A stretch of DNA of 63,843 nucleotides, counting the filler, from Perkinsus olseni (taxonomy: Eukaryota), in the NCBI GenBank assembly GCA_013115125.1. It is 3 parts of 3 records of this genome, joined end to end, with 100 filler letters (N's around TTAATTAATTAA, not from the genome) between each part and the next. Parts side by side here need not be neighbours in the genome. Positions count along the whole stretch, not along the records: positions 22,646 to 45,186 come from JABANN010000537.1; 2 more parts are not named here. The stretch is one strand, 5' to 3'. The notes below the pieces were generated by a model. The model searched no databases and was not told the DNA's origin. It worked only from the letters and a program-made list of their open reading frames with translations. Shown here piece by piece: positions 22,780 to 37,312 of the stretch. The stretch's first letter is position 1; each line of letters opens with the position of its first letter. The position numbers and the translations under genes are program-made.

Positions 22780-25700
22780 ACTCAAGCAGTACTGTATAGA
22801 CCCCTTGCTCGGCAAGCATATCGGGGTCCTAGCCCATGACCAGCCACGATACTCCTGGGGAACATATTGAAGACGACCTCTTGCTGCACAGGGCCTCTCT
22901 GGACAGCCTCCGGACCACCTCCTGCTGATGAGCCGTTGGCGGATTGATTCTGCAGTAACGGATAAGGACAGGAGACTGCTGGGATCGACAGAAGAGGGTT
23001 GTCTGTCGCCAGCTCGCAGCAGTTATCACCGGTGGATGTCGGGGTGCGAACCAAAGGCCGCCATGGTGCTCCGGGCGGAGTGGGATCCGAGTCGCATAGG
23101 ACGACAAGCGTTACTTTGAAACTACTCGACAAGTCGATTGCGACTCGAGTGTTCCGTCTGGTACTGGGCCTGTGAGGCTTGCTCAGAGACAATCTGACAT
23201 TACTTCGTCGGTGTGGTCCACTGGCCATTGCTGCCTGAATAATCTTTCCCCTCGTTAGAGGGTGTGAGCCATCGGGAAAGTTCCATTGATGCTATACTCT
23301 CAATAAGAGGAGGAAGGCCGTCTCATTCATCGCGTAATGGTGCTTCCCACCTGACCAAAGAAGCTCATGAGCAGTCCGCTGTATCCTTCCTTACCGCGGC
23401 CTTGTGTTCCGAGTACGCCCTGTCACCCTCATCCCACAGGGTTCGCAATATAGTTCCTCCTTGGGTAGTACATGCCAGTATGCGGCCTACCGTGGCTACC
23501 ATTATCAAACTCTGCTGCCTAGCATTGACCCTGCAGGGGAGTCCATTCGGCGATGCCTATGATGTCCTTGATGAGACCAATACAGAACTAGGTGGTCTCG
23601 CTGAGGTGACAACACACCATATCGCGGATTGTAACGCTCGGCACAACGATCTTGCCTTTAGGGGAATAGCCGGAGGGCTTGGAGCGGCCGTGAGCTCCAA
23701 AACGATGAGGGAGAGGACTCATCAGATGACAGGTGTGTCTGATCGCAAAGGCCTCGCCACAACCCTCTTCGGAGGACACGTCCGTCTTCAGGGTAAATAA
23801 GGATACCCCTGACTCGGGCGATCGAAATGCGACTGTGGTTGTGGTTCCCTCAGAACCATCAGCAACTGATGAGCAATATCTGATGTACACTACGAAGGGT
23901 TGCTCTCCTACCGCACTGTAGCAACCTTCAGGCAACTAGCATCTCTCCCAGCCCCACCGTCCCATGTAGCTGCAACACCCCGAAGTCCCACCTCTATTCG
24001 AGTGACTTGGGATATACCCTACCTCGGCAGCTGCCGACTCAAACGCTGGGAGGTCGAGTCCCAGGAAGCCGGGCAGCCGGGGTGGCAAGCCGTGCAAGGC
24101 TGCAATCCAGCTGAGCTCAACGTTCAGTGTCTGCCGACCTGCATAGCGTGCGGTTTGACGAGCCAAACTTCGTACCGATTCCGTGTTCGAGTTTTATGCG
24201 AAGATATACCAATAACGTCCAAGTTCAGTTGCCCGTCGGAACTTGCTACGACGCATCCTATTCCGGCGAGTCCCCCAATAGGGATTAGAGCGACTTCGAC
24301 TATGAGCGATAGTGGTGCTCGAGTAGAGTGGGAGCCAGGGGAACCAGGAGAGTGTCAGTTTCAACGCTGGAGGGTTTTCGCGAAGCTCCTCGCAGCAAGC
24401 AATCACAGTCTGGTGCTCCCGTCGATCGGGCCATGTGTATCCCTGACAAACAGGAGCGTCTCGTACTGCGAGTTCGAGGGTCTCAGCTGTGATACAACCT
24501 ACGTGTTTACCGTCCAGGAGGTGTGCATGGACCAGCTAGGAAACTCTAATATGAGCGCCGATAGCAACGTGATAACAACTCCTCGGTCGTCCCGATGCGA
24601 CAGGAAGGCTCCAGCCCCTCATTCAGTGACAGCGGCCGCCTTAAACGCATCGAGCGTTATCGTGGCATGGTCTTACGACGATGCCTTGCGCGATTGCATC
24701 TTCCATCGCTGGATCGTTTCTGCAGCAGGGTCGGACGGTCATACTGATTGCTTGGGGCTAGACCAGGCTGATACTCGTCGATGTGTTGTGGGCAGCCTGA
24801 GGTCGAATACTGAGTACAGGTTTCTTGTGAGGGTCAGCTGCCTTAACAGCGATATGTCTAGTGGTTGGTTTGCATCGAGTGAGCCTGTTAGAACCCCTCC
24901 CCTGTCGGCCGCGGCTCCCGTGTTCACCAGCCCGACACCACTGGCAAATGATTCCATCCTTCTGGCTTGGAAGCTACCGTCAAACGGCATTGGTGACTGT
25001 GAGTTTGCAAGCTGGGACCTGCTTGGCCGCCAGCTGCCATCACAGGACTGGACTAGCGTGAAGGGTTGCAGAAATCTGACATCTAAGTGTACCACGACTT
25101 GCACTGCTGTTGGACTGGACGCCGACACCCATTACGTTTTCAAAGTGCGGCCAAGCTGCAACAATGTGGATGCCGACGGGCCGTTCAGCGGGGAGACCTT
25201 TCCTGTCGCCACTAAGCCGCGGAAGACAGGGGTGCCGTCGGAAGTCGCTGCCTTCGTCGAGGGTCCAACAAGGATCCTATTGGGATGGCGACAGCCCTCG
25301 CTCGGACAGTGTACCAGTCCGAGGTATCGAGCACTGGCCAAAATCGGAGACAGCGATTGGTTTCATCCTAGCGGCTGCAACAACAACGGTTCCGGCTCAT
25401 CGAATTGTACCATCACCGAACTCAGTTGCGACACATCATACACGTTCAAAGTGGGAGTCGAGTGTGGGAATGAGTATGCCAACTCTAACTACAGTGCCGA
25501 GGTGTCAGCTGTCACCCCCAGAGGAGACGGGCCCTGCTCAAGGCCTGCCTCGCCACCACGAATAGTGGCAACTACAGCGGTAGGGCCGAGCGTAGTGTAT
25601 GTTAATTGGACTGATGCCGATCTCGGTGTCTGCCTTCCCCTTGGTGTCGCGATCTACGTTCGGTCGATGGCCGACCCTACATGGAAGGCCTATCCAGAAT

Positions 25701-28700
25701 GTTGGCCGTCAACGGCTCAGGCGTCGTGTCGCGTTCAAGGTCTACGCTCGAACGAAGGTTACAGCTTCAACCTCCGCCAAGTGTGCTCCAATCACGAGAG
25801 TTCGAGCCCGTTCTCGGCCCCTTCGAAAATAGTTGCAACACCACCACGACCCGCCGCGACACCGACTCGACTTGAGATACGTGAGCGTTCCGTCAACAGT
25901 CTATCACTCGGATGGCTAGGCAGTGAACTGAACGACTGCTATTCTCCTGCCTGGGAAGTTGCGGCCAGGAACGAGTCCGGGTCTTGGGGCCCTGTGCTGG
26001 GATGCGACTTAGCCAGTCAGCAGTCAAGCTGTGCTCGAGAGTGCACGGCGAAGGACCTGCTACCGGCAACTCAGTATGAGTTCAGAGTCCGAGTCGTGTG
26101 CTACAACGTGGAAGCTAATAGCACTTGGAGCTCTCCCGTTGTGGCCAGGACCAAGCCCGTACCTGCGCCAAGGCCTACTATGACGGTCGCAGAAGAAGGC
26201 GTGACTGAGGTGAGCACAGAGATCGCCGTGAATTCGGTTGACCTATCGAACCGAGTGGTGTCCAGCGGGGTTCTAGCACGACCGCGAATGTTCGCCGCTG
26301 CGTTATCGTACCATTTTTGTTTGAGGTCCACGTTATTTGGTCTCGCTCAACAACAGGAAGCTGTCCTGCTTCGATCGATGATGAAGACGGGCACCTCATG
26401 TGGACCGTGGAGGCCCGGCTGGTCCATGATGACACAGAAGCCGCCGGGCCGTGGTTCACACCGAGTGGATGCTATTCATATCGCGATCTCTCTTGTGAGT
26501 CCTACTACGCTATAGCCTGCTGACCGACCGAGGCTCGCCTTCCAAGACGGCACGGCCATCCATCACTGATGGACCATCAGGTGTGGCGACTGGCCTAGAA
26601 TGTGACTCCCTCTACGAGTTCAGAGTACGAGAGTTGTGCGAGGATTCGGAGGCGGACTCTCCGTGGAGCCCTCGATTGGAGCCTGCTAGAACTCAGAGAG
26701 GGGGCTCTTGCGTCGTTAGAGCACTTCCGCCGTCACGAGTGCATGCCACAGCTATCAATACCACATCAATCGGGATCACTTGGCAAGCTGCGTTACAAGT
26801 GGGGATCCGTCCCCACTTCAACATCATTCTCGTCGTATTTCAGACCCGTTCTCCGGACTGCACCTCCCTGGGGTATTCTATACAAATGAGGAGCTCGAAC
26901 GCTGATGCGCCTTGGACGCCGATGGGCTGCGGGCGCGATCTGCTCAATGTTTCTACAGCTGCTTCGTGTGTGGCAGTAGGGCTCTTGAGCAACACCTATT
27001 ATAGTTTCCGGGCCGCTCACGTATGCCTGGAGGCAACTGTGAGTAGTTCGTACACTGACTGGACGGATCCACCAACCATGACTCTTCCGGTACCAGCGGA
27101 GAGACCGATCAATGTCACAGCTAGCACCCTATCATCGGGCAGTCTCCTGGTCACTTGGGTTCCGCAACGTCTCGAAGATTGTGACTTATTCGAGTGGCTT
27201 GTGGAGGCTAAAGTGCATCCTTCCGACGAGGCCGCCTGGGCCCGACCCTCGGGATGTATGAACTTGCTTCAGAGCTGTGTAAGATCCTGCTTAGCTGCGG
27301 GCCTCGACAGCAATCAGGGGTATATCTTCCGAGTGAGAACCCTGTGCCATGACACTAGGGCGGACAGTGAATTCTCAGAACCCAGTTGGAACAGTACAGT
27401 TGTGCAAGCCAGAACGATCGATTCTACTGGGTTGTACAGAACGCAACGTGTTAGGATCGAACCTGCCCACACTTTACCCATCAGGGCTAGTACACCATTG
27501 GCTGTGACCGCTTCACTGGTCGCCAACTTCACTGATTCACGAGTGAGAGTTGCCTGGTTGCCCACTGAAGCCAATGACTGTGAGCTCCTGGCCTGGAGTG
27601 TCACGGCGGCGAGCGATACAAACCCTCATCCCTACGAGATCGCAAGGTCCACCGACCCGTCCGTATCCGACATCACCGTGAGCTCTCTCGCCTGTGCCAC
27701 ATCCTACTCGTTCTCTGTTGCGCGCCTTTGCACCCTGCTCGAGGCTGACAGCGAAGCCTCAGCCTACTCTTCCCCAGTAACGACAACATTAGGGCCCGAG
27801 TGCATCAGCAAGGCATCCGCTCCGGTCCTGGTCGAAGCTGGCCCTCCCACAACGGACGAGCTAGTATTGCTTTGGGACGGCGGCCCCAGACAGTGCAACT
27901 CATCCTTCTCGACATGGCTGGTATCCCTCCAAACTTCCAGTAGCTCCCCCCTCAGTATCTTGCCTTGTGCCTTCCCTGGGGATGTGATCATGAGGTCATC
28001 CACAAGTTGTATATTGAAGGATCTGGTTCCAGATACATCTTACAGGTTTCGTGTGAGAGAGGTTTGCGAGGACGCCTCGGAATCATCGCCCTGGTCTGCT
28101 CCTTCCGATTGGGTTCGAACACTTCCAAACCTTAAAACGATATGGCGTCTTTCCCTCAAGCAGGGCGGTGCTATTGTGTCCCCTTTATCGAGTGAAGTAT
28201 CCGCTGCTGAGCTATACACTGATCACTACTGCCAGGAGTTGGTAGGGTCGATCGTTATGGCATCTTCCGATCCACGAGACACTGCGGAGTACTCTTTTCA
28301 ACAGCAGTATGAGGAGGTCCGATGCATAAAGCTCGCCTTGCGTGACTGGCCAAGTGGTACCCTTGCTTTTGATGCAGCCACTGACGTGGATGCCTCCCTC
28401 GAGTACTGGGACCCCACTGCGGGAACAGGCCGACTGGGAGCCTGGTCGATGGCATACCTCTTCCGCGGTATCCGTTCGCATGGTGTCTTCCGAGAGGGAG
28501 TTCTGGAAGGTCCGACGCCTCCCTGGACTGCGCCTCTAGGTCTACCATACTTCAACACCTCCGCTACAGTAGAGTGCTGGACTGGGTGGCCTTGTATGCT
28601 TGACATGACGAAATCGAGTGCAACGCTGTTACATGACGGTGACAGGCTAATCGCTGTAGAAGACACAGACGAGTGCACAACACTGTATCGAGGGGGCCTC

Positions 28701-31700
28701 CGGGGAGTTCCCGGTAGTGGCATCAGTCGAGGCGCTTCTGGTGGCGTCTTCCCCTTCGGAGACATCTCGGCCGATGGTGCACCAGTGCAGCCCCTGGTTC
28801 AGAGTTCCGGAACGTACAAGCTCTGTTGGTGCGACGGTAGAGCGCCAGCCGATTGCTCCGACATCCAACAGTTCAAGATCGAGGCTGGTCGCTTCGCCAT
28901 CCTAGGACCACTACAGACACATGAGTTCAATACTACTGTAGGCACCAGGCCTCTATGTATAACAGGTCTAGAAGGCTATGGGCTGCAACAAGGAGACCTC
29001 CTGGCAGTCGTGTCCTCCTGTGGTGTGGCCCAGGGCGTTAGAGGAATCGGCTCATCAGGGTCACTGTGGGAGGGGATCTCCACGCCTAGCGTGGATGGCA
29101 ATGCCTTCTGCTGGGACCCTCCCTATGTTGTGGCTGCTGTCCCCGGCGTCTATAGTCTGTGCTGGTGCAGCGCGCGTATGTCTTGCATGGAGAGGGGCAC
29201 TCCTCAATTCAGAGCGCTGGCTGGGAAGATCAGAATCTACGGTCCTTATCCGGACCATGACTTCGGAGCGGTTGCGCGGGGCGCAAGACTGAGCTTGACT
29301 GGACTCACCGGTGTCGGGCTTGGGCGAGAAGATCGACTCGCTATCATGTCTGAATGCGGCGATGTGTCAGCCGTCAATGGTATACCAGCGGGCCCCGCGA
29401 GTGAACACAGCCTCCCAGGGGCGAGTTCAGTGTCTTCAGACGAGGGCAGGTCGTTTTACTGGGGTACGGAGCCCGTAACTGCCACGCCTGGGGTGTACTC
29501 GGTCTGTTGGTGCGGCAAAGGCGGTAGCAACAGCCACACATTTTCAAGCTGCTCCTCCCCAAGCCATTTTGAAGCTCATGCAGGCAGCATCGAAGTCGTC
29601 GGTCCGGACCCCTCTCAAAATCGAGGGCTGCTGTTGGTTCGGGGGACCGAAGGGGTCATTTCCAGGCTGTGGGGGAGAGGCTTCAATGTTGGGGACGTGT
29701 TTGCGGTACGGAGGTCCGGAGAGTCCTGCGGTAACCTAACAGCAACGAGGGGTTCGTGGGACACCAACATCGGCAGTGGCGGCTTATCGGAGACTGTCGG
29801 CTCCGACGCGATAGACAGCACTCGGGCCTTCGTCGGCGTTGTTTTCAGGGGGCGTGTTCTGAGTCAGCCAGGTGACTATCAGCTCTGCTGGTGCAGTCCC
29901 GTTTCGGGACCCGACTGTGGAGCTGGGAGACTCGAGGATTTCAGGGCTCTGGCTGGCACGTTAAGAGTTGTAGGGCCTGAGCCAGGCCAAGTTTTCGCAT
30001 GTGCACGAGGAGAGGCTCCTTGCACCATCACTGGCTTCAAGAGCACTCAGTCCACCTATCGTGACCGTTTATTGATTGTGAGACTAGACGAGACTTGCGA
30101 CACGGACCGGATCGACGTATGCCAGTCGATCGGCGAGTCCGCTGATAATGGAGAGACCTTCACTTGGGCCACAGAGGCCGCAGGAGGTTTTATGATCACT
30201 GCTGGCTCCTACCGACTGTGTTGGTGCAGTGGAGTGCTTCAGGCAGCGAGCGCACAAACCTGCCGGTCATCAAGAGACTTCACCGTCGATGCTGGCATGC
30301 TCCATGTCTTCCAGCCGTACGTGTGCTCTCCTAGCTCCGGCTCTTCGTGTCATCTGCTCCTCCCCAGCCTTATGCTGTATTCAGCAAGTAACTCGCGTGT
30401 TACCAGCCTTACCCTGATACCGGCCACGGGTCTATGCTCGGAGGCTGACCCTCCGCTCCTGCGCGTGAACCTCTCTGAGACACCGGGTGTCGGTCACGGT
30501 CCTCTACTTAACGGAAGTCTCACCAGATACCAGACACGCAGTTTCGCCCCAGGGCTCTACAAGATCTGCTATGCTACAACTTCACCGTCCGGAGCCCTGG
30601 CCATAACTGAGCCGCCATCGGCCTTTCCTGATGACACCAGGCGACTCCTTGTCTGCCCTCTGTTCTCTGATCCTCATGTGCTATCGAAGCTGCCAGACCG
30701 CTGCAAGTGCCACAGGGGGTACCATAAGACCAGAGCGGGCGATCTCAGTCGTCAGCGTTGTGAGCCCTGCTCTGAGGGACACTGGTGCCCAGGAGATGGC
30801 GCAGGGCAGATAGAATGTCCGAAGGGGCGAGGGACGCCAGGTGCTGGTGCTGTCGACTCCAGCCAGTGTGTCTGCCTGCCTGGCCGGTACTTGGCTCCAG
30901 ATGGGACCTGCCGCCGGTGCCCAGGAGGATTCTACAAGCCTCATCATGGAAACGACACCAGTTGTCGCTACAACTGCATGACTCACGGCATCAGCGAGGA
31001 GGGCTCCGTCTCCCACCTGGACTGTTACTGCCAGGGAGGCTCTAGGCTCGCCTGTGACTCGCTAGGGCGTATAACCTGTGTGAGCTGTGCCGGAGAGGAC
31101 TACGTGTGTCCACTGAACTCTACTAGGACGGGTAGAAGTATGAAGTGCCCTCGGACCGCGTACCTCGACCTCAGCGGTGCGTCTACGATATCATCCAAGG
31201 ACATCCAGCTGCTCCGCAGAGCCGCAATCAAGGCCCTCGACCTTCCTGAGACGGTGGACGTTCAAGTGGCTGTTTCCGAGGCTCAGCAGGGCAGCAGCGC
31301 CAGCGTCAGACGGCTCACAGCGGCGCCGAGGCTTCTGTCAGTGAAGCTGTCTCTGGCTGCAGACTTCGGGAGCGTTGCGGGTGTGTCGACGTCGGAGGTG
31401 GCCAACGCCTTCGAGAGGGCATTCCTGGACACGGCGCAAAGCCCTGATGCTTCCATCGATCCTTCCAATATGACCATCATCGCTAGAGGGGCGACCGATG
31501 AGGAACTACTTGAGGAGGCCGCGCTGCTGTACAAAAGGCTGTATGTCAGTAAGGCTGGCTGACAGACACCGTTCGCGATTGTCAACCGATCCCTGATATA
31601 CTTCGCTTACCTTCCGGAATAAATCTGGATGGGAATCTTCCCACCGCCTACCTTGGAATTCCTCCTCACTTAGGTGGAGCCAGATGCCCCCCAGGGACCA

Positions 31701-34700
31701 CACCAGCCACTGACACGCCTACCTCGCTGTCCGACTGTAAATGCTCAGCCGGGTATAAACTACGATGCCCCATGTGTGAGGGGCAAGACCCCTCCCTGGG
31801 CCCCGACTGCATCGCCTGTGATATTGGCCAGTACAAGGCGGTTGTGGGTAACCATTCCCAATGCGTCCTCTGCCCTGAAGCGTTCGAGACTACCAGGGAG
31901 GTCGGGAGTACACATGTAGGGTTCTGCGTGTGCCGTGAAGGGTAGGGCCAGATAACCCGTCTCCTCCGGGGCCCCTACGAAAGCTCCCTTTGTCCATAAG
32001 GTACTACAGGCTGCCCGACGGCAGCTGTGGACTATGCCCGGAAAACCACTATTGCAGTGAGCATCCCACGGACCTCTCAGCATCCCCCGTCCCCATCTGC
32101 TGTCCGGCTCATCAAGTCTCTATTGCTGCTGGCAGTGGTAGACGATCACAATGCGTGTGCTCTCGAGGCTTCGGCATGGTCGATGGTCGGCAGGTAGGGC
32201 GTCCTCATCATCATCGTGACTTCCACCGATCTGTGCCTGTTCCAGTCCATCTCTGACTACCACGTCCCGAGATCCCAGTGGAGGTTCCGTCTACTCATCG
32301 GCAACGAAGCGGCTGCCTTAAATATCACACCACAACTCTGCATCGCCCCCACCCAGTGCATCCGCCCTTCGGAATCCCCACGCCCTATAGCAGGAGGTCT
32401 TCAATACTGCATACCACTGCTGCTGCTTATAGTGTGCTCAGGAGCCGAGTGGCGGTGGACTCTCGCTATACCATCGGTTGCCGTCAGCAGTGTACTGCTA
32501 GACTTCGACGGGGATATCATCAAAGGAGAGTCTTATGGAGAGCTTCTCGCATACGCAACGTACGCTACCATGTCCTCGCCACTTGCCAACGCCCTTCGTT
32601 TTCCTTCCACCTTACTGTTCCTGCAGTTACTTCTGCAAGTCGTCGCTTGAGCCCTGTGTTGAGCATTGGACGACTATCGGTCTCTGGGACCATAGGGCCC
32701 TCGCCGCATCCGGCGTTAGGGTCCTCGATGCCGCTCAGTCATTCAACAACAGCTCTTCAACTCTAGGGATCTCGGAGGGTATGACAGCGTAAAAGTAGAC
32801 GATGAATCAAGATGACAGCGTCCCTCAGACACTCTACTACCGCCCCCTGCTCAATCAGAGTCCCGACTGTGTGCCCCCTGCGGTTGGTCCGCTGTGAAGG
32901 CCCACTCGGGGAATACAGAGTGTACGGCCCAGTGCCCTCCGAATAGTGAGACTGTCATGGGCAGTACAAGTACAGATTCGTGAGTCGTGCTTCGCCGATC
33001 GCAGCCCTCATGGAGGAAAACGCTAGCCCTCCAGGTGCTATTGCTCCCGAGGCTATTGGAGGGACGTAGAAACAGAGTTCAGTAGTGGAGCAGAGATCGG
33101 CAAGAGGACTCCTCTCAACTGCAAACCCTGTGCACTGCTAGAGTCCGCTGATGGCAGGCAGGTAGCAGAGTGCCCTGGCAGGCACATACCAATACCATCA
33201 GAAGGGTAGCCAGTTCAGGGGAGCCTGTTCTGGGAAGCCCTGACCGCCACTCCGTTCAGGTTTGCCTTACTCCCGATGCGCGTTAACCAAGTATACGGGG
33301 TCAAAAGCAGTCAGCCGCCGCTTGTCGGGCATAGAGCTCTCACGTCTACCGTGGTATCCCCTCATAACCCCATTTACATGGAGTGTCGGATAAGCGATCT
33401 AATGCAGCTTGATGGGCCCCTTGATGGCGATGAGAAAGCGCCCAGCGTTTGTAAGACGACCGACCGCGACAGTCATTTCTACTGAGACCACTGCTAAGCC
33501 CTCCTCACAGTGACCCCTTTCCGTAGGCCAACGTGGCGGGCATTGCGCACGGGGTATGAGGAGCCTTATGTGCTCAGCGTGTGAGAGCGGTTGGCACAGA
33601 CCCAACACTTATACGCAGTGTGACCGCTGCAGCGATGAGATCTCCCTACACCGCTTGACCGTCGCCCTGTAAGGACAATAGCACCTGTCTTGCTCGTCTA
33701 TCATGTCCTCGAGCGTGCTGCTGTACTGTAGGTACTTGCTGGTCTACGCCGGTGGTATAATAATACTGAGCAAGTTCACCGTCGATGCCGCAGCTTCTGT
33801 TGTTCGTCCCATCCACTCTGTTATCTGCAAAGTGGCTCTCAACTACTGGCTGGCACTCTCCGTCCTCCAGAGATTCGACATCACCCAAATCAAAATGTGA
33901 GAGGATCCCCAGCAAGCCTTGTCAGAGCCTCGTCTTCGACGCTGCAGGTATGAGTGGAACGTGGCCCTCGGCGAGACCCTACGTAATGTCTTTGTGCCCC
34001 ATTGGGTGAGTGATGCAATAAACACCATAGTCCTCTGGACCGGAGAGCTGCCCGGACTTAGTGTTAAAGCGGCCCTCATGTGTCTCCTACCATATAGAAC
34101 TGACAAGTAACCCTCGTGGGACACAGCAGTCGGCCATTGGTTGCGCTGTAAGGTACATCGCAATCGGCGTCTTCTACCTAGTCCAGCCCGTGCTCTTGCT
34201 ATTGGTCGTCACTCTCCTCTCTGCTGTAGCTCTAGCAACCCGCCGACTGTGCAAGCTTGGTTACGGGTAGCCAGCCAGACCGGACTTCCTTCGGTTGATT
34301 GGCCCTACACAGGTTCAGCGTCACCCTTGGTAACCCAGGCCCTAGATCATCAGGGTTCATGCACCGCACTGCTCATCTGTCTGTCGAAGCCTTCTCTCGG
34401 ACCCTCAACAGCGAGCCTCGTTTCCTCTCTGTCTGGCGGGTCTTTGATGGAATCTCCATCAGCATAACGCAACGGCTTATGGCCTTCCTACAGGACATGA
34501 TCCCCGTCTACGTCGCTACGTTGTACCTCATATGGAGTCCGGTCACTGATGCAATGCTGGAGCTACTGCAATGTGAAATATTCGAGCTTCCTCATGCTAG
34601 CGGAGCGAAGCTGCTGTCGAGAAGATGGGTTGTCGACCCTGACTTGGTATGCTACTCGGGTGTCCACACCACTTTGACGGCTATTTCCATCGTTGGTCTG

Positions 34701-36988
34701 CTTTTGTGGACAGTGGGTGCGCCTTTACTGGGTTTATTGATAATATACCGCGGCAAAGCTACGTCACAGTTGCATGACACACCGTTTTTAAGGAGCTACG
34801 GCTTCCTCTACCTGGGTTACGAAGACCGCTGTTGGTATTGGGAAGCTATCAAAAGGGCTCAAGCTTTGGCTTATGGCTTCGTCGCCACCTGGCCGATGGG
34901 GGACGTCAAAGCAAGGCTCGTCATGTACGATCGACTCTCACGGTCGTGGGTTCGAATCCCAGTGCGTCCATTTGCGAAGGTACGCCATGATCTCGGGGGT
35001 CTCAAGCATCGCTCATGCTTTGATGGAGCCCTTCGATGATCGTTCGAGCCGTTTACTAGACCGGCAAGAGCTTCATTCGCTACTACTGGTATTCGCCACG
35101 CAAATAGCGGTAAGCTAGCGGCAGAAGGGGTGCCAAGTAACGGCAGGAAGTGCATTTGCAGGTGCAAGTGGTGATCACCTTCCCTTTGCCACAAGGAGCC
35201 ATCTCTGCTATATTCCTAATAGTAGTGTTCCTCAACGTCGTACACATGCTCAGAATACTCGGATACTTCACCATTGAGTGAGTACCGTTCCCTTCACGAC
35301 TTTCCTCCCTGAACACTGACTGCTTAACTTAACATCTTCTCTCGTCCTCGTTGAGGTACTGTCTTCATATTGAATACGCGATAACACTTCGAGACCGTCG
35401 AGAGTTAGAGAAGAGCCGCATGCTGCATAAGGAGAGGATTCAAGCCATGAGAGAACATCTAGTCCAGGAGGGTGGAACCCAGCTAGCTTGAAACACTCTC
35501 ATTGTGGCCGGCAGGTAGAGGCCCTCCATACCTAGGGAAGCTTAATCCAATACGAGTACACGTGCGAGTCTGGGTAGGGGTGTAACATATGACAATACGC
35601 CATTCCTGTTGCATCACGACTCCTCAGTATAACCCAGTGAGCACCATCCTGTGCCTCGTGCGGCGATACAAGTCGCTACACTCACGACTAGCCCTGGTGA
35701 AGGTCCTCGAGGATGGCAGTGATCCGAGAACCGCTGCACCATCAGCTCAGCTCTATGCTGTCCTGGTGAGGATGTGCCGCTACGAGGACATGTGGAGCTC
35801 CAGAGTCATCTGTAGGTGCCCAAGGCTCCCTGCCGTACCCTACCCCGACTGCGATACTGCTTCCTCGGCACGCCGCTGCCCTCCCACTGCGAGTACCGTG
35901 TGAACTCATGGGAGAGGGATTATTTCCAGTACAGACACATGGGCCGTATAGCTCGCGGACTCTCCCGCCGCTCAGGCGGACTCAAAGATCCCTTCTTGAT
36001 CATTTCGCTCGACAGTGTGCTTGGACCTCCATTGGAGGGGATATACACGAGTTTATTCTCAGAGTGCTGTTGGCTTACGCTCAAAGAGAGAGAAGAGAGC
36101 GACAAGAAGTGAGACGAGCATTCTACTTTCAATATGTTCTGATGGAATTGATTAATTCGAGATGCTGGCTCGTGACAGCCGGGGTCCTGTGTGCTGAGAG
36201 GCGTGGCGATTGTACCATATATAGCACGATCTATACGGAAAGTCTATATCGTTGGCTTGCTGAGCAGCTCCCTCCCGTGTCCTCCCCGGGAGTTCATTCG
36301 GTATTTGATCGCCCATGATAAAACTCATTACTTAGAACTGCGGTGTCCTTCCGGAAGTAACAGACGAGCGGGTCTCTGACGCTGGCAGAGGGCACGAGGT
36401 GCCGTGGTACAAGAAGTGCAGTGTTCTTAAACTACCCGAAGATATAACGATCGATGAGCTCCACGATGTGCCGGTAGTGGAGCGAGATAAGCACCGAGGT
36501 CCGGAACCACCGCCGCCCTGTTCTGTGGGTTGGGCCGATCCCTCTTCTCCCTCAGCTCCTCTGTATCGATCGAAGTGCTCGAAGAAAGCAAGAGAGCTTA
36601 TCCCAAACGAGATGAGCTTCCATGGCGATGAGCTATTCAGGGCATCACTGAGGGCTAAGAAACTCAGTTCGAGCAGCGTACGAGGAGTGGCAGGTTCTGC
36701 AGTGCTCCCTTCCCCTTTCCACCGTAGTGCGCTAACACCTCGTTCATAGGAACGATTCACTTCCCGCTTAGTTTGGCGCGGATATCTCCCAGAAACTCAG
36801 GTCTGAGCGTTCAGGTGACCGAAATACGGAGGAAGTGGGAAAGCGAAAAGATGGACAACAAGCGGGAGAAGCTGCCCAGCTCGAGTCGTGGTGGTCCAAC
36901 CCGCAAACGAGAGCAACCTTCGCGGGAAGAGCTACGAAGCGGTGAGCAGAGTGCCGTCTCGGCAGTAGCAGATCCTCAGACGTACTGA
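22780..36988 (+). CDS. Giant FN3-repeat / Cys-repeat / multi-TM surface receptor (CRMP-like), multi-exon; 5' end probably in the gap
   Basis: More than 10 Cys-containing FN3 repeats (GLxxxTxYxFRVRxxC), 5 YxLCWC..F...AGx[LI]x[VI]xGP repeats, GCC2/GCC3-type CxxCPxGxYK repeats, then CARGYEEPYCSACESGW, RPIHSVICKVALNY and YGFLYLGYEDRCWYWE TM region. Confidence 0.85.
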
Positions 36989-37312
36989 CAATCGTTTCTT
37001 TTGTTCTGACCATGACCATTCACACATGACTCCTCCGTCGAATGGTTGTGTTAACAAGTAGTGCGGGGCTGCTCTCTCGTGTGCTACATCCCCAACACGC
37101 AATCAATCCACGAGGATGGCCGCTCATACCTCACGAGATCGGTACGCCACGAAACCTTCGTCGTCCTCGAGCGGGCTGCGCAGAAACTTAGGAAAGCCCA
37201 AATTGCAAGAAGAATGCAGTGCGGTAGCCCTTGCCCGACAAACGCCATTTCCGTAATCAGCCCGCACCTCATTATAAGCTTGTCTAGCATATTGGCTAGT
37301 TCACCGTCACTC

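Noticed and set aside
34945-34972. tRNA T-arm-like GTGGGTTCGAATCCCA (similar motif at ~5740)
   Set aside because: Isolated B-box-like hairpins with no D-arm or acceptor stem.
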